Source: the human T2T-CHM13v2.0 reference genome, Homo sapiens. From it: a stretch of DNA of 64,000 bases. The notes under the pieces are model-generated. The model did not search any database. It was not told where the DNA came from and saw nothing but the letters and a program-made list of their open reading frames with translations. Position numbers and translations under genes: made by a program. Shown piece by piece: positions 38,032 through 53,496 of this stretch (within the stretch, counting starts at the first letter, position 1; every line of letters starts with the position of its first letter). Location: assembly GCF_009914755.1 (NCBI RefSeq), contig NC_060926.1. One strand, given 5' to 3'.

Positions 38032-40855
38032 TAAGGAATGTGTTCTTCCATTATGTTTTAAGTATTGCTTCTCCTCTGTCTCTTCTGAAACTCTCTTTAC
38101 ACCGATTATGAAACCAACATATCTATTTTTATATATCCTAATGTTTCCTTTGTATCTTTTATCTCTTTGACCTTTTCGTGGCATTCTAGAAGAATTCCTT
38201 CATTCTGTTTTCATTTCATGAATTCATACTTTGGCTCTGTTCATTCTGGTATTCAGCTTACCTTCTACATGTTGTCTTAAATCAATTATTGTATCTTTAA
38301 GATTGTTTCATGAATTTTGAGAGCTTCCTTATTAGAGCAATTTGTTGTTATTGTTATTAGTTTTCTTGTTGGTTTTTTAGTAAGCTTAATATATTTCCTC
38401 ATGTCTCCAAAAATTTATTTAGCAGTAATAATTATATTTATGTTATTTTAACTATTTGTTCCCATTATCAATAGTTTTCCTTAATATTTTTATATTAATA
38501 TTAATATTTTTATTTCCTTTTTGTTGTTGCCTGATTTTGTTTGATTGATTCATAATCAAGGTTACAATGAAGGCCTAGATTCACTTATCCTAGAAAATGC
38601 TATATATGTCCTAAGTCCAAGTGAAAAATATTTCTTTCATTAGCAGTAAATGAAGGTTCTGATTGCAAGAACCTGGGCTATGCAAATATCTGGAAGGTAA
38701 AAGGGAGTACATAAATTTAGCAGATTTTCTTATCAAGTATTGGTCATTTGTCATATAGGTATCAGTTTCTCTTTCCTCTTAGCTGGTATAAGTGGGATAG
38801 AGAACTACCCTGGTTTGATAGCCCAAAGTACCCATTCCAGGAATCTCTTGCATCAGAATTGTCAAAGGTATCTGGTACCCCAGTTAACACCCAACAAATG
38901 GTGGAGCCAGCTAATGCAAGAGGAAGGTACTAATAGAACTATTCTACTGTCCAACTCTCTATGGCCTTTTCCTTTTTCCAGCCTCCACATTCTCTCACCT
39001 TAGATTACTTTAAAATTCTACTCAACTAAAGACTTAAAGTTCATATACTTTGGAGCTGATTTCATTTGCTGGTATATTACAGGAATGACTCAATTTTTTT
39101 GGTATAAGGATATCCCATCTGCTTTTACATGATGTTATAAGAATATTATTTTATATTTATACGTGTCATTGCTTAAAATTTGGAGAGAGACAAGAGCTAA
39201 TGTGTTAAGACAGCTACTTCAAACAGTACATCTTTTTTAATAGAGAAAATACAACATATTTTGTACTTCACTATCATAGCCTTACATTCAGAAGATAGAA
39301 CAAAAAGATTATGGCAGAGGGATAGGGAAAGATAGCGCAAAATTAGAGAACTATTGTTAACACAAGGGAGGAGAATGGGATTTAGAGGAAAGAACTTAGA
39401 AATAATAATTCATAAATATTAAGAAACTCTAAAACTCACAAGGAGAAAGATAGCTAGAGAGAAAAATAGAAGAAAGCAACGCATACACAGAAGATAACAC
39501 TGAAAAAGACACCTTCAGGTATAAATGGAAATTCAACGATAAAATGAACACTCATACACACACTCACACTCGCACATGCATGTGCATACATGCCATCTAC
39601 ACAGAGTAATTTAACAGCCTACCAGTCATTTCCAGGAGAAGGTCAATTTTTCTTCCCCCAATTCAGAGGTACCAGAAAGTTCAGTACTACTTTTTGTTTT
39701 ACTTTTATTTTCCATGCTAAACACTAGGAAACATTTTTAAATTTCATGTTGCCAACGTGAAAGAAAATGCAAAAAGTAGCAGAATTTGTTTAAATTAACT
39801 AAAATAACACACTAATAGAGATAAGGAATTGCTGAGGTAATTGCCCTGTGGTATTTCCAGATGTTCATTGTGCATCCAACAGTGATTCATCCAACCCCCC
39901 ACGTAGCATCAACTGGTAATGATGACAGCCACGCCCTGTCTGTAGCAGCCGCAGCAAAAATGCCAGCTGCAGCGGGGAGGAGCAGCCTGGAATGTGTTGT
40001 TCTGCAGAGCTGGTGGGGGCCAGGAACAGGCAGGAGCCCCGTTCCCCACCGAGTCAGGGAGCAGGAGCCCCATGCTCCCCCACTCAACTTAAGCCACCTA
40101 GCCATAGCTGGCGACCAGGCATCCCTGCGCTCTTGGGGGCCCAGGAAGCCCCCCATCCCCGACAGGCTCAGAAGTGCCTGCCCCTGCTGCCTGGCCTCTC
40201 CCCACTCCTGGCACTCACTCCGGGGTGGAAGAAAGTTGTGGCTGAGCTGGGTGTGTCAGGCACTGTCGTAACCCAGTTGCGTGTGTGTGCTCAGGGCAGT
40301 GCTGACATACGAGCGCCCTGCTGCTCCAGCCCCTTCCAGACACTGGGCACTGACAAGCATGGGAGGGAGGCCAATGGGGGTCTGAGGGTGGTCTGGCATA
40401 GGCCTGCAGGCACCCCTTGGCACGAACAGCCTGAGTGCCATGGACAGCACATTGATGGCAGCAGTTGGCAGACAGACTCCTGGACAGAAAGGGGTGGGTC
40501 CCAGGCGAAACCTCACCTTCAAGCCAGGCTGCCTGTTCCAAATGGAGTCTGCAGTCTGGAGGGAGAACTCACAGTGCTTTTTCCGGGCCTGCCCATGGCT
40601 GTCCATGGACCAATCAGCATGCACTTCCTCCCTTCTGAGCCCATAAAACCCCCAGATCCAGCCAGACTCAGATGTCAGGACTACCAGTTGCGGGAAGGAG
40701 CTATTGACTGCAGATCTCCTCTCTGCTGAGAGGTGGACACTCTTCAGCACCCCTGCCTAAGGAACAGAGCTACCCACTTTGGGTCTCCTGAAAGCTGTTC
40801 TGTTGCTTAATGAAGCTCCTTTCTGCCTTGCTCACCCTCCAGTTGCCTGGATACC

Positions 40856-41377
40856 TCATTCTTCCTGGACACAGGAAGGGAACTGGGGACCCACCAAATA
40901 GTAGGACTGAAAGAGCTGTAACACGTGGGTGGAGCCAAGATGGCCAAATAGGAACAGCTCCTGTCTACAGCTCCCAGCGTGAGCAACAGAGAAGATGGGT
41001 GATTTCTGCATTTCCATCTGAGGTACCGGGTTCATCTCACTAGGGAGTGCCAGACAGTGGGTGCAGGACAGTGGGTGCAGCGCACAGGACGCAAGCCGAA
41101 GCAGGGTGAGGCATTGCCTCACGCGGGAAACACAAGGGGTCAGGGAGTTCCCTTTCCTAGTCAAAGAAAGGGGTGACAGACGGCACCTGGAAAATCGGGT
41201 CACTCCCACCCTAATACTGTGCTTTTCCAACAGGCTTAAAAAACGGCACACCAGGATATTACATCCTGCACCTGGCTCAGAGGGTCGTACGCCCACAGCA
41301 TCTCGCTGATTGCTAGCACAGCAGTCTGAGATCAAACTGCAAGATGGCAGCGAGGCTGGGGGAGGGGTGCCTGCCAT
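40856..41377 (-). CDS. L1 ORF0-like antisense ORF, 173 aa, reading through the L1 5' end into flank (translation unproven)
   Basis: MAGTPPPASLPSCSLISDCCASNQRD...RVGVTRFSRC matches ORF0; ATG in gcaATGg context; open to 40856. Confidence 0.45.
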   Translation of the reverse strand: MAGTPPPASLPSCSLISDCCASNQRDAVGVRPSEPGAGCNILVCRFLSLLEKHSIRVGVTRFSRCRLSPLSLTRKGNSLTPCVSRVRQCLTLLRLASCALHPLSCTHCLALPSEMNPVPQMEMQKSPIFSVAHAGSCRQELFLFGHLGSTHVLQLFQSYYLVGPQFPSCVQEE

Positions 41378-41970
41378 TGCCCAGGCTTGATTAGGTAAAC
41401 AAAGCAGCCAGGAAGCTCCAACTGGGTGGAGCCCACCACAGCTCAAGGAGGCCTGTCTGCCTCTGTAGGCTCCACCACTGGGGGCAGGGCACAGACAAAC
41501 AAAAAGACAGCAGTAACCTCTGCAGACTTAAATGTCCCTGTCTGACAGCTTAGAAGAGAGCAGTGGTTCTCCCAACACACAGCTGGAGATCTAAGAATGG
41601 GCAGACTGCCTCCTCAAGTGGGTCCCTGACCCCCGAGCAACCTAACTGGGAGGCACCCCCCAGTAGGGGCAGACTGACACTGCACATGGCTGGGTAATCC
41701 TCTGAGACAAAACTTCCAGAGGAACGATCAGACAGCAGCATTTGCGGATCACCAATATCCGCTGTTCTACAGCCACCACTGTTCTGCAGCCACCGCTGCT
41801 GATACCCAGGAAAACAGAGTCTGGAGTGGACCTCTAGCAAACTCCAATGGACCTGCAGCTGAGGGTCCTGTCTGTTAGAAGGAAAACTAACAAACAGAAA
41901 GGACATCCACACCAAAAACCCATCTGTACATCACCATCATCAAAGACCAAAAGTAGATAAAACCACAAAG
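40925..41970 (+). promoter_or_regulatory. L1 5'UTR internal sense/antisense promoter region; YY1 core caagatggcc at 40936-40945
   Basis: position and sequence match the primate L1 5'UTR; many CpGs decayed, activity unknown. Confidence 0.7.
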
Positions 41971-42978
41971 ATGGGGAAAAAACAGAGCAGAAAAACCAGA
42001 AACTCTAAAAAGCAGAGTGCCTCTCCTCCTCCAAAGGAACGCACCTCCTCACCAGCAACGGAACAAAGCTGTATGGAGAATGTCTTTGACGAGTTAAGAG
42101 AAGAAGGCTTCAGACGATCCTCCAAGCTACTGGAGGAAATTCAAACCAATGGCAAAGAAGTTAAAAACTTTGAAAAAAAAATTAGACGAATGGATACCTA
42201 GAATAACCAATGCAGAAAAGTCCTTAAAGGAGCTGATGGAGCTGAAAGCCAAGGCTTGAGAACTACATGAAGAATGCAGAAGCCTCAGGAGGCAATGAGA
42301 TCAACTGGAAGAAAGGGTATCAGTGATGGAAGATGAAATGAATGAAATGAAGAAGGGAAGTTTAGAGAAAAAAGAATAAAAAGAAACGAACAAAGCCTCC
42401 AAGAAATATGGGACTATGTGAAAAGACAAAATCTATATCTGATTGGTGTACCTGAAAGTGACGGGGATAATGGAACCAGGTTGGAAAACACTCTGCAGGA
42501 TATTATCCAGGAGAACTTCCCCAATCTAGCAAGGCAGGCCAACATTCAGATTCAGGAAATACAGAGAATGCCACAAAGATAATCCTCGAGAAGAGCAACT
42601 CCAAGACACATAATTGTCAGATTCACCAAAGTTGAAATGAAGGAAAAAATGTTAAAGGCAGCCAGAGAGAAAGGTCGGGTTACCCACAAAGGGAAGCCCA
42701 TCAGACTAACAGCAGATCTCTGAGCAGAAACTCTACAAGCCAGAAGAGAGTGGGGGCCAATATTCAACATTCTTAAAGAAAAGAATTTTCAACCCAGAAT
42801 TTCATATCCAGCCAAACTAAGCTTCATAAGTGAAGGAGAAATAAAATACTTTACAGATAAGCAAATGCTGAGAGATTTTGTCACCACCAGGCCTGCCCTA
42901 AAAGAGTTCCTGAAGGAAGCACTAAACACGGAAAGGAACAACTGGTACCAGCCACTGCAAAAACATGCCAAAATGTAA
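41971..42978 (+). pseudogene. L1 ORF1p (RNA-binding chaperone), disrupted
   Basis: MGKKQSRKT start; frame closes at 42201; further stops and indels; native stop region gccaaaatgtaa. Confidence 0.9.
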
Positions 42979-43041
42979 AGACCACCAAGGCTAGGAAGAA
43001 ACTGCATCAACTAATGAGCAAAATAACCAGCTAACATCATA

Positions 43042-46889
<3,848 letters not shown>

Positions 46890-48044
46890 ACAATGAGAAC
46901 ACATGGACACAGGAAGGGGAACATCACACTCTGGGGACTGTTGTGGGGTGCGGGGAGGGAGGAGAGATAGCATTAGGAGATATACCTAATGCTAAAAGAC
47001 GAGTTAATGGGTGCAGCACACCAACATGGCACATGTATACATATGTAACAAACCTGCACATTGTGCACATGTACCCTAAAACTTAAAGTATAATAATAAT
47101 AAAATAAAATAAAATAAAATAAAGAGCTGTAACACAAAGAGGGCTGAAACATGCCCCACCCCCCACCATGTTGCAGGTGATGAGGAGGAGAAAGAGCTGT
47201 GGTCCTTTGGGGAACCCAGACCTAGAGGCTCACGAGCCAGGGCTGTGACACCCTCTTTGGGGCTCTGTGGTTTCTGATGTCCCCAAGCTTCTGAGAACTA
47301 CTGCGTTCCCCTCATCCAGATGTGGTTGCCCAGAGCAGAAGCTGCTTGCACTGCACCTGATCTAGACATGGGCTTGCATGGAGGCAGTGCTTGTGCTGAT
47401 ACCTGGAGCTGTCCCCACTGCTGCAGCAGTCAAGAGTGCCTGGCTGTGTGCAGTGGCCAATCCCCAGACCCTGCGCATGCTTGCTTATGCACCTCTCAAT
47501 GCAACACAGCCAAAGGATGCAGAGGATGCTGTGCCTCTGATGGCTGGGTGTGCATATGCCACTGTCCCCAGCAATACAACCAGACAACCCCAAAGTTTTC
47601 GTGTGGCTGTGTTTTTATAATTTCTAGGAGGTGGGGGATTATTAAGTTGATTAATGGCTGGTGACCTGGACAGTATCAAAACTGAATAACAAGCCAATTA
47701 CTGGCTGCAGATGTACTTTTGGACAGCACTGCCCATGGAAATTAGATAAGAGAAGTGGGAGAAGATTAATGTAGAAAGTAATTTTTGTTCTTGGTTGTCC
47801 TAGATATTCTAAAGGTAATCAAAATGTAACATGGCCAGGAATCCAAAAAAGTACAGTCACAACCTCAAATCAAAAACTGCCTTTCTTTCATATTTGGTGT
47901 TACAGCATCAAATTAGTTGTCTTAGTATGGCAACAGCAAGTATATTCAACTGAGAATGTTTTATATATGAACAGTTAAAGGGAAAACTGCTGCATCTCCT
48001 GGACTAAATGAATACACATTTCCATCTTTTGGCTACTGTGTTTC

Positions 48045-48520
48045 TCTTTTGCAATCAAAAAACAAAAGTTGCACGTAAAAGAAAACCTAAAAATAGCTTA
48101 CACAAGACGTTGGTTTAGCTCTTCCTCAAAAGAACTCTAGAGCTAGACAGTCCAAGACTAATTAACAGTTCTGTGGTCCACAGAGACACAGGCCCCTCTA
48201 TTCTTCTGTCCAACCATCTTCACTATGTGACTTCCAATCTCATTGCAGTCTAGGATAGTTGTTGAAGCTACATTCGTCATAGCCACTTCTAGGTTACAGG
48301 AATCAGTTGCAGCTGGTATGTATGCAAAAGCTTGCCCTTGTTTTCTGCCCCCTTTTTACTTCCTGGAAGCCTACCAAATAATTTTCCTTTTTAATTGTAA
48401 CGGTCAGTCTTTGTTATATAGCGACCCCTTCCTACAAGGTGGGCTGGGAGGCTTAGTCTAAAAGGCTTCATTGGCATACCAAGATACATTATGGTTTGCT
48501 TAGTAAGGATTAAAGTCACT
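48045..48520 (-). mobile_element. old MLT1 (J/K-like) LTR
   Basis: gttgca.gtaaaagaaaacctaaaaatagctta...cagagacacaggccc...caaggtgggctgggag. Confidence 0.55.
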
Positions 48521-50736
48521 ACTACAGTACCTGATCCAAAGGCTTTAAAAAATCAGGTTCATAACTGGTCTTAGGTGGAGCAAAGCAACTTTACTTAAGC
48601 ATCAACTCAGCATTTCAGGTGTGTTTTGGCTTCCAAAAAAAGGGAGATCATTCATACAGTAGACTCTTGATTTAATTAGCAAAGGTTCCAATATTTGGTG
48701 CAAATGAGGAGACCAAAGAGCAAGAAAAGATGAGGAATATCAGTGCAGCATCCTTTGATGGATATCACTGGGCCTAACAGAAGGGACGTGGTGGCAGTGA
48801 GACTGTCTGTTCAGGATGTGGAAAGGCTTAATTTTGTGCTTTACCATAGTCCTTTTATATTTGGGCTTATATCCCTATTGAAGAAGAATTTACATAATCT
48901 ATGCTTCCAGTTAAGAGGTTTGTAGATGTGAGGCTCTCTTAATTCTTGAACCAAATTTAGAAGTCCCTGGGGTTGCACCCTCTTGGGAGAAGGAGGAGGA
49001 ATAGTCATCATCCAATTGTCCCTGATCTCTTTCTCAGCCCCCAGTTAAGTTTCATTCTGGGAAGCATGTTTCCTACAACAACTCAAATCCTGTTCCTGGC
49101 TTTAATGGTTTTGGGATTAAGTAAAAAGAAAAGATAGGATGTTTGATGTTAACCCTGCAAGGATTCTGCTCCTCTTAACTCATCATTCAGTAACCCAAGG
49201 ATTCTCTGTATGAGCAGCACAGAGCAAATTACTGACACATATCCTGCCTTCTGACAGAATTTGATTAATATCTGATCCTATTGAAGTTCATATATTTATT
49301 TTTCTGTTTTACCAAGGGTTTTCTTGGATTTTTTACTACCTGTTTATATTGTATTTCTTTTTAAATTTTAAACATTTTTATTGATACATAATAACTGCAT
49401 GTATAATATATTTATACATGCATACAATGTTTAGTGACCAAATCAGGGTAATTAAGATACCCATCATCTCAAATATTTAGAATTTCTTTGTGTTGAGAAC
49501 ATTCTAAATCCTCTCTGCTAGCTATTTTGGAATTTATAAGTTATTGATAACAATGGTCACCCTACTGTGCTGTTGAACCCTAGAACTCACTCCTTCTATA
49601 TAACTGTATATGTGTAGCTCTCCTCATCCTCCTTTTCACCTATCTTTCCTGGCCTCTGGCAATCATTTTACTCTCTACCTCCTTGAGATCCATTCTTTTA
49701 GCTCCCACATATGAGACAGTACTTGAGATATTTGTCTTTTTCTGTGTGTCTTACTTAATTTAACATAATGTCCTTTAGTCTCATCCATGTAGCTACAAAC
49801 GAAGGATTATCATTATTTTTATGGCTAATATTTCATTATGCATATATACTGCATTTTTTTCATCCATTCATCTGTTGAATGGATGGAATCAACTTAGGTT
49901 GACTCCATATTTTGGTTATTGCAAATAGTGCTACAATAAACATGGAAGTGCAGATACATTGATTTCCTTTGTTTTGGATATATACACAGTAGTGAAATTG
50001 GTAATTCTATTTTTAATTTTATGAGGAACTTTCATACTGTTCTGCATGTTGGCTGTACTAATTTACATTCCCATCAACAGTGTACAAGAGTTCCCCTTTC
50101 TCCACATCCTCACCAGCATCTGTTAATTTTTTGTTTTCTTGATAATAGCCATTTTAACTGGGGTAAGGTAATCTCTTATAGTGGTTTTGATTTGCACTTC
50201 CCTGTTGATTGGTGTTGTTGAGCTTTTTTTCATATACTTATTGGCCATTTATATGTCTTTTTTTTGAAAAACATCTATTTAGATCATTTGCTCACTTTTA
50301 TTATTTTATATTTTTCCTGTTGTTTGGTTTCTTTACATATTCTGGTTATTAATCCCTTGTCAGATGGACTGTTTGCAAATATTTTCTCTCATTTTATGGG
50401 TTTTCTTGACTCTGTTGATTGTCTCCTTTGCTGTGCAGAAGCTTTTTGCTTTATGTGATCTCATTTGTCTAATTTTACTTTTATTGCCTGTGCTTCTGAG
50501 GTGTTACCACAAAACATCTTTGTCCAGACAAATGTCCTGAATTTCTCCAGTACTTTTTCGGGTAGTTTCATAGTTTCAGATCTTACATATAAGTATTTAA
50601 CCTATTTTGCATTATTTTTTATATGGTGAGAGATATGGGTCTAATTTCATTGTTCTGCATATGGATATCCAGTTTTCCCAGCATCATTTATTAAAGAGAC
50701 TGTTCTTTCCCTAAAATATACTCTTGGTACTTTTGG

Positions 50737-50765
<29 letters not shown>
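50737..50765 (+). repeat. poly(A) mononucleotide run inside the L1MA
   Basis: uninterrupted A tract. Confidence 0.9.
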
Positions 50766-50767
<2 letters not shown>

Positions 50768-51824
50768 TTTGGCACTAATTGCGGGGATTTATTTTCTGGG
50801 TTCATTATTCTGTTCCATTGGTTAATGTATCTGTTTATAGGCCAGTATCATGTAACTTTGGTTCCTACGGCTATGTAGTATATTTGAAGTAAAGAGTATG
50901 AAGCCTCCAGCTTTGTTCTTTTTGATCAGAATTGCTTTGGCTCTTCAGAGTCTTTTGTGCCTTCACACAAATTTTAGGATTGTTTTTTCTATTTCTATGA
51001 GGAATGTCATTGGTATTTTGATAGGAATGTCATTAAATTTGTAGACTACTTTGGGTACATTTTAACAATATTAATTATTACAATCCATGAACATAAGATT
51101 TCTTTCCATTTTTTTGTGTTCTCTTCAATTTCATTCATAACTGTCCTAAAGTTTATATTGTAGAGTTACTTCACTTCTTTGGTTAAATGTATTCCTAGTT
51201 ATTTTTTTGTAACTATTGTAAATGGAATTGATTTCTTGATTTCTTTTTCAGATTGTTTCTGTTGGCATACAGCAATGCTACTGATATTTGTATGTCGATT
51301 TTCTAATCTGCCACTATAGTGAATTTGTTTATCAGGTCTAACTTTATTTGTTTGTATTTTTGTTTGTTGGTGTAGTCTTTGGGTTTTTCTAAATACAAGA
51401 ACATGGCATGTGCAAACAAGGACTTTTTTTTTCCTTTCCCATTTGGATTCCCTTTATTTCTTCCTCTTGCCTAATTACTCTGGTTAAAATTTCCAGTATT
51501 ATGTTAACGAAAGTGGTAAAAATGAGAATATTTATCTTGTTCCAGAACTTCGAAAGAAAGCTTTTAATTTTTTACTCTTCAGAGTGATGTTAGTCATGGG
51601 CTTTTTCATGTATAGTATTTATTGTTTTAAAATATGTTTCCTCTATATCCAGTTTCTTCAGTATTTATCATGATGGAATGTTGGATTTTATCAAATGCTT
51701 TTTCTGTATCTCATGAGGTGATCATATGGTTTTTGTCCTTCAGTTTGTTGATGTGGTATATAACACTTTTTGATTTGTATATGTTGAACTATCCTTGTAT
51801 TCCTAGGATAAATCCCACTTGATC

Positions 51825-53496
51825 CAGTGCCAATCATAATCTTGAAAGACACAATCCCACCTACCATAATTCTAAATGTTGAAATTCAAAAAGATAAAAA
51901 TCCCTAAATGTTGAAACCCTGAAAGTCTCAAATCTGTAACACCTAAAATCCAGAAAATCACAATCCCAGTGTTAAATCCTGAATTTTAAAAACCCTAAAG
52001 CCAGATTCTTAGGAGATGATTAGTGTGTTTTTTGGTTGTATACAGGATAGTTGCATCATGTTAGTTGCATCATGTTAAGTGGAAATATTACTCTTACTGT
52101 CTTTATTTGCATCTGGTAGAAATTTCATGTGAGTGGATTGGCATTGTGATATGAACATAACAAAAACTCCAGTTAAAAAATACATCATTTGTCTACATTG
52201 ACATGCCTTTCAGCTGATAAAATTCCAGATTTTAATGAATTAAAGCTTCATTTGCCTGAATAAGGCAGTGAAGTTACTAACTGGCTTGAAAACAATTATG
52301 TGCACAGGAAAATAAGAAGACACTTAAGCAACAGCATTGCCATTAGATCATTGGTATTATTTCCACCAAATCTGTGGTCTCTATATGAATGCATGTGGAA
52401 TGGATTTCTGAATACTCAAAACAACATAGATGCACAGCAAGCACAGAATATGGGAAAATTTAATACAGGATCCTCAATCAGTTGACCTCAAATCATAGAA
52501 AATTTTCAGAAAGGGCTGTGTCACATTAAAAATCAATGTGAACATATTCACCAACCAAGGAGAGCCATACCATAAAAGAAAAAAAGTAGCTATTTATTTA
52601 AATGCAAGACCTCAAAAATGGTTAGTGATCATGAATGTCCACCAGCAATTATCGACTATTTCTGTGCAATTTCCCATAATTTGTCCTTGAATTTTCTTTT
52701 ACATTTTTTTGGGGGGATGGTGATTTTTGTTATTTTAGTTTTTCCCCACTATCTTAAATTGTCAGCATTATATTTTACAATCTGCTATGCTATGTATTTC
52801 ATTTTTACATCATTTTCAATACTGGAAGTGTAAATTGCATGAGGAATTTTAGAAGGTTCTAATTTGTTTGTGCATTTTCTGCAAATTTGGCTCCACAAAG
52901 GTACATTATCACAACGTTGACTTTGTAAGCATTGTGTGTACATAAAAATGTTGAAACTTTCTCAATAAATGAAGAGATGTCTTCTTTGTACATCTGCATT
53001 TGTAAAAGACAAAATTTCTCAAGATCTTGGCTCTTAGGGCAACTGCATATGTGGTGGTTACTCATCTCGGTTTTTCACTGATTGTATCAAAAGACTTAGG
53101 GTGTCCATCATAGTTTTACAAAACTGAGTGCGCACAATTACTACCATCATTATATATATTTATACATTTTTTCTTTTGATCTATTTATGAATAGAGTTCA
53201 CCTGCTCATAACTGTTAAACCTGTGCAACTGTCATTACTATACCTGAGTGTTTATGTTTGATAAAATATGTATGTTATTCCTTATTTTATTGGGTAAAGT
53301 GACCTATGAAGTGTTCTGTTGTGTTATTATGTTTTTCAAATATATTCCTATATAAAAATGTAAATAAATGTTTTAGAAATAATTTTGTAAATTATTTCTT
53401 GCAGAATTATATTTTTGGGATTTTGATCTTTTGGGATTTTAACACTCAGTATTATGGTATTAAGTATTATGCCTATTGGGGTTATGACCCAAATCC
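51825..53496 (+). mobile_element. Ricksha (MULE-MuDR) DNA transposon with transposase remnant
   Basis: atcataatcttgaaagacacaatccc and gggatttt...ggggttatga termini; 9-bp TSD cacttgatc (51816-51824) / cacttgatt (53497-53505); peptide NWLENNYV...LFPPNLWSLY...NTQNNID. Confidence 0.88.

Noticed and set aside
39861-40750. Cluster of long overlapping ORFs (up to 245 aa)
   Set aside because: All lie in the GC-rich MER52 LTR, where stops are scarce; no recognisable domain
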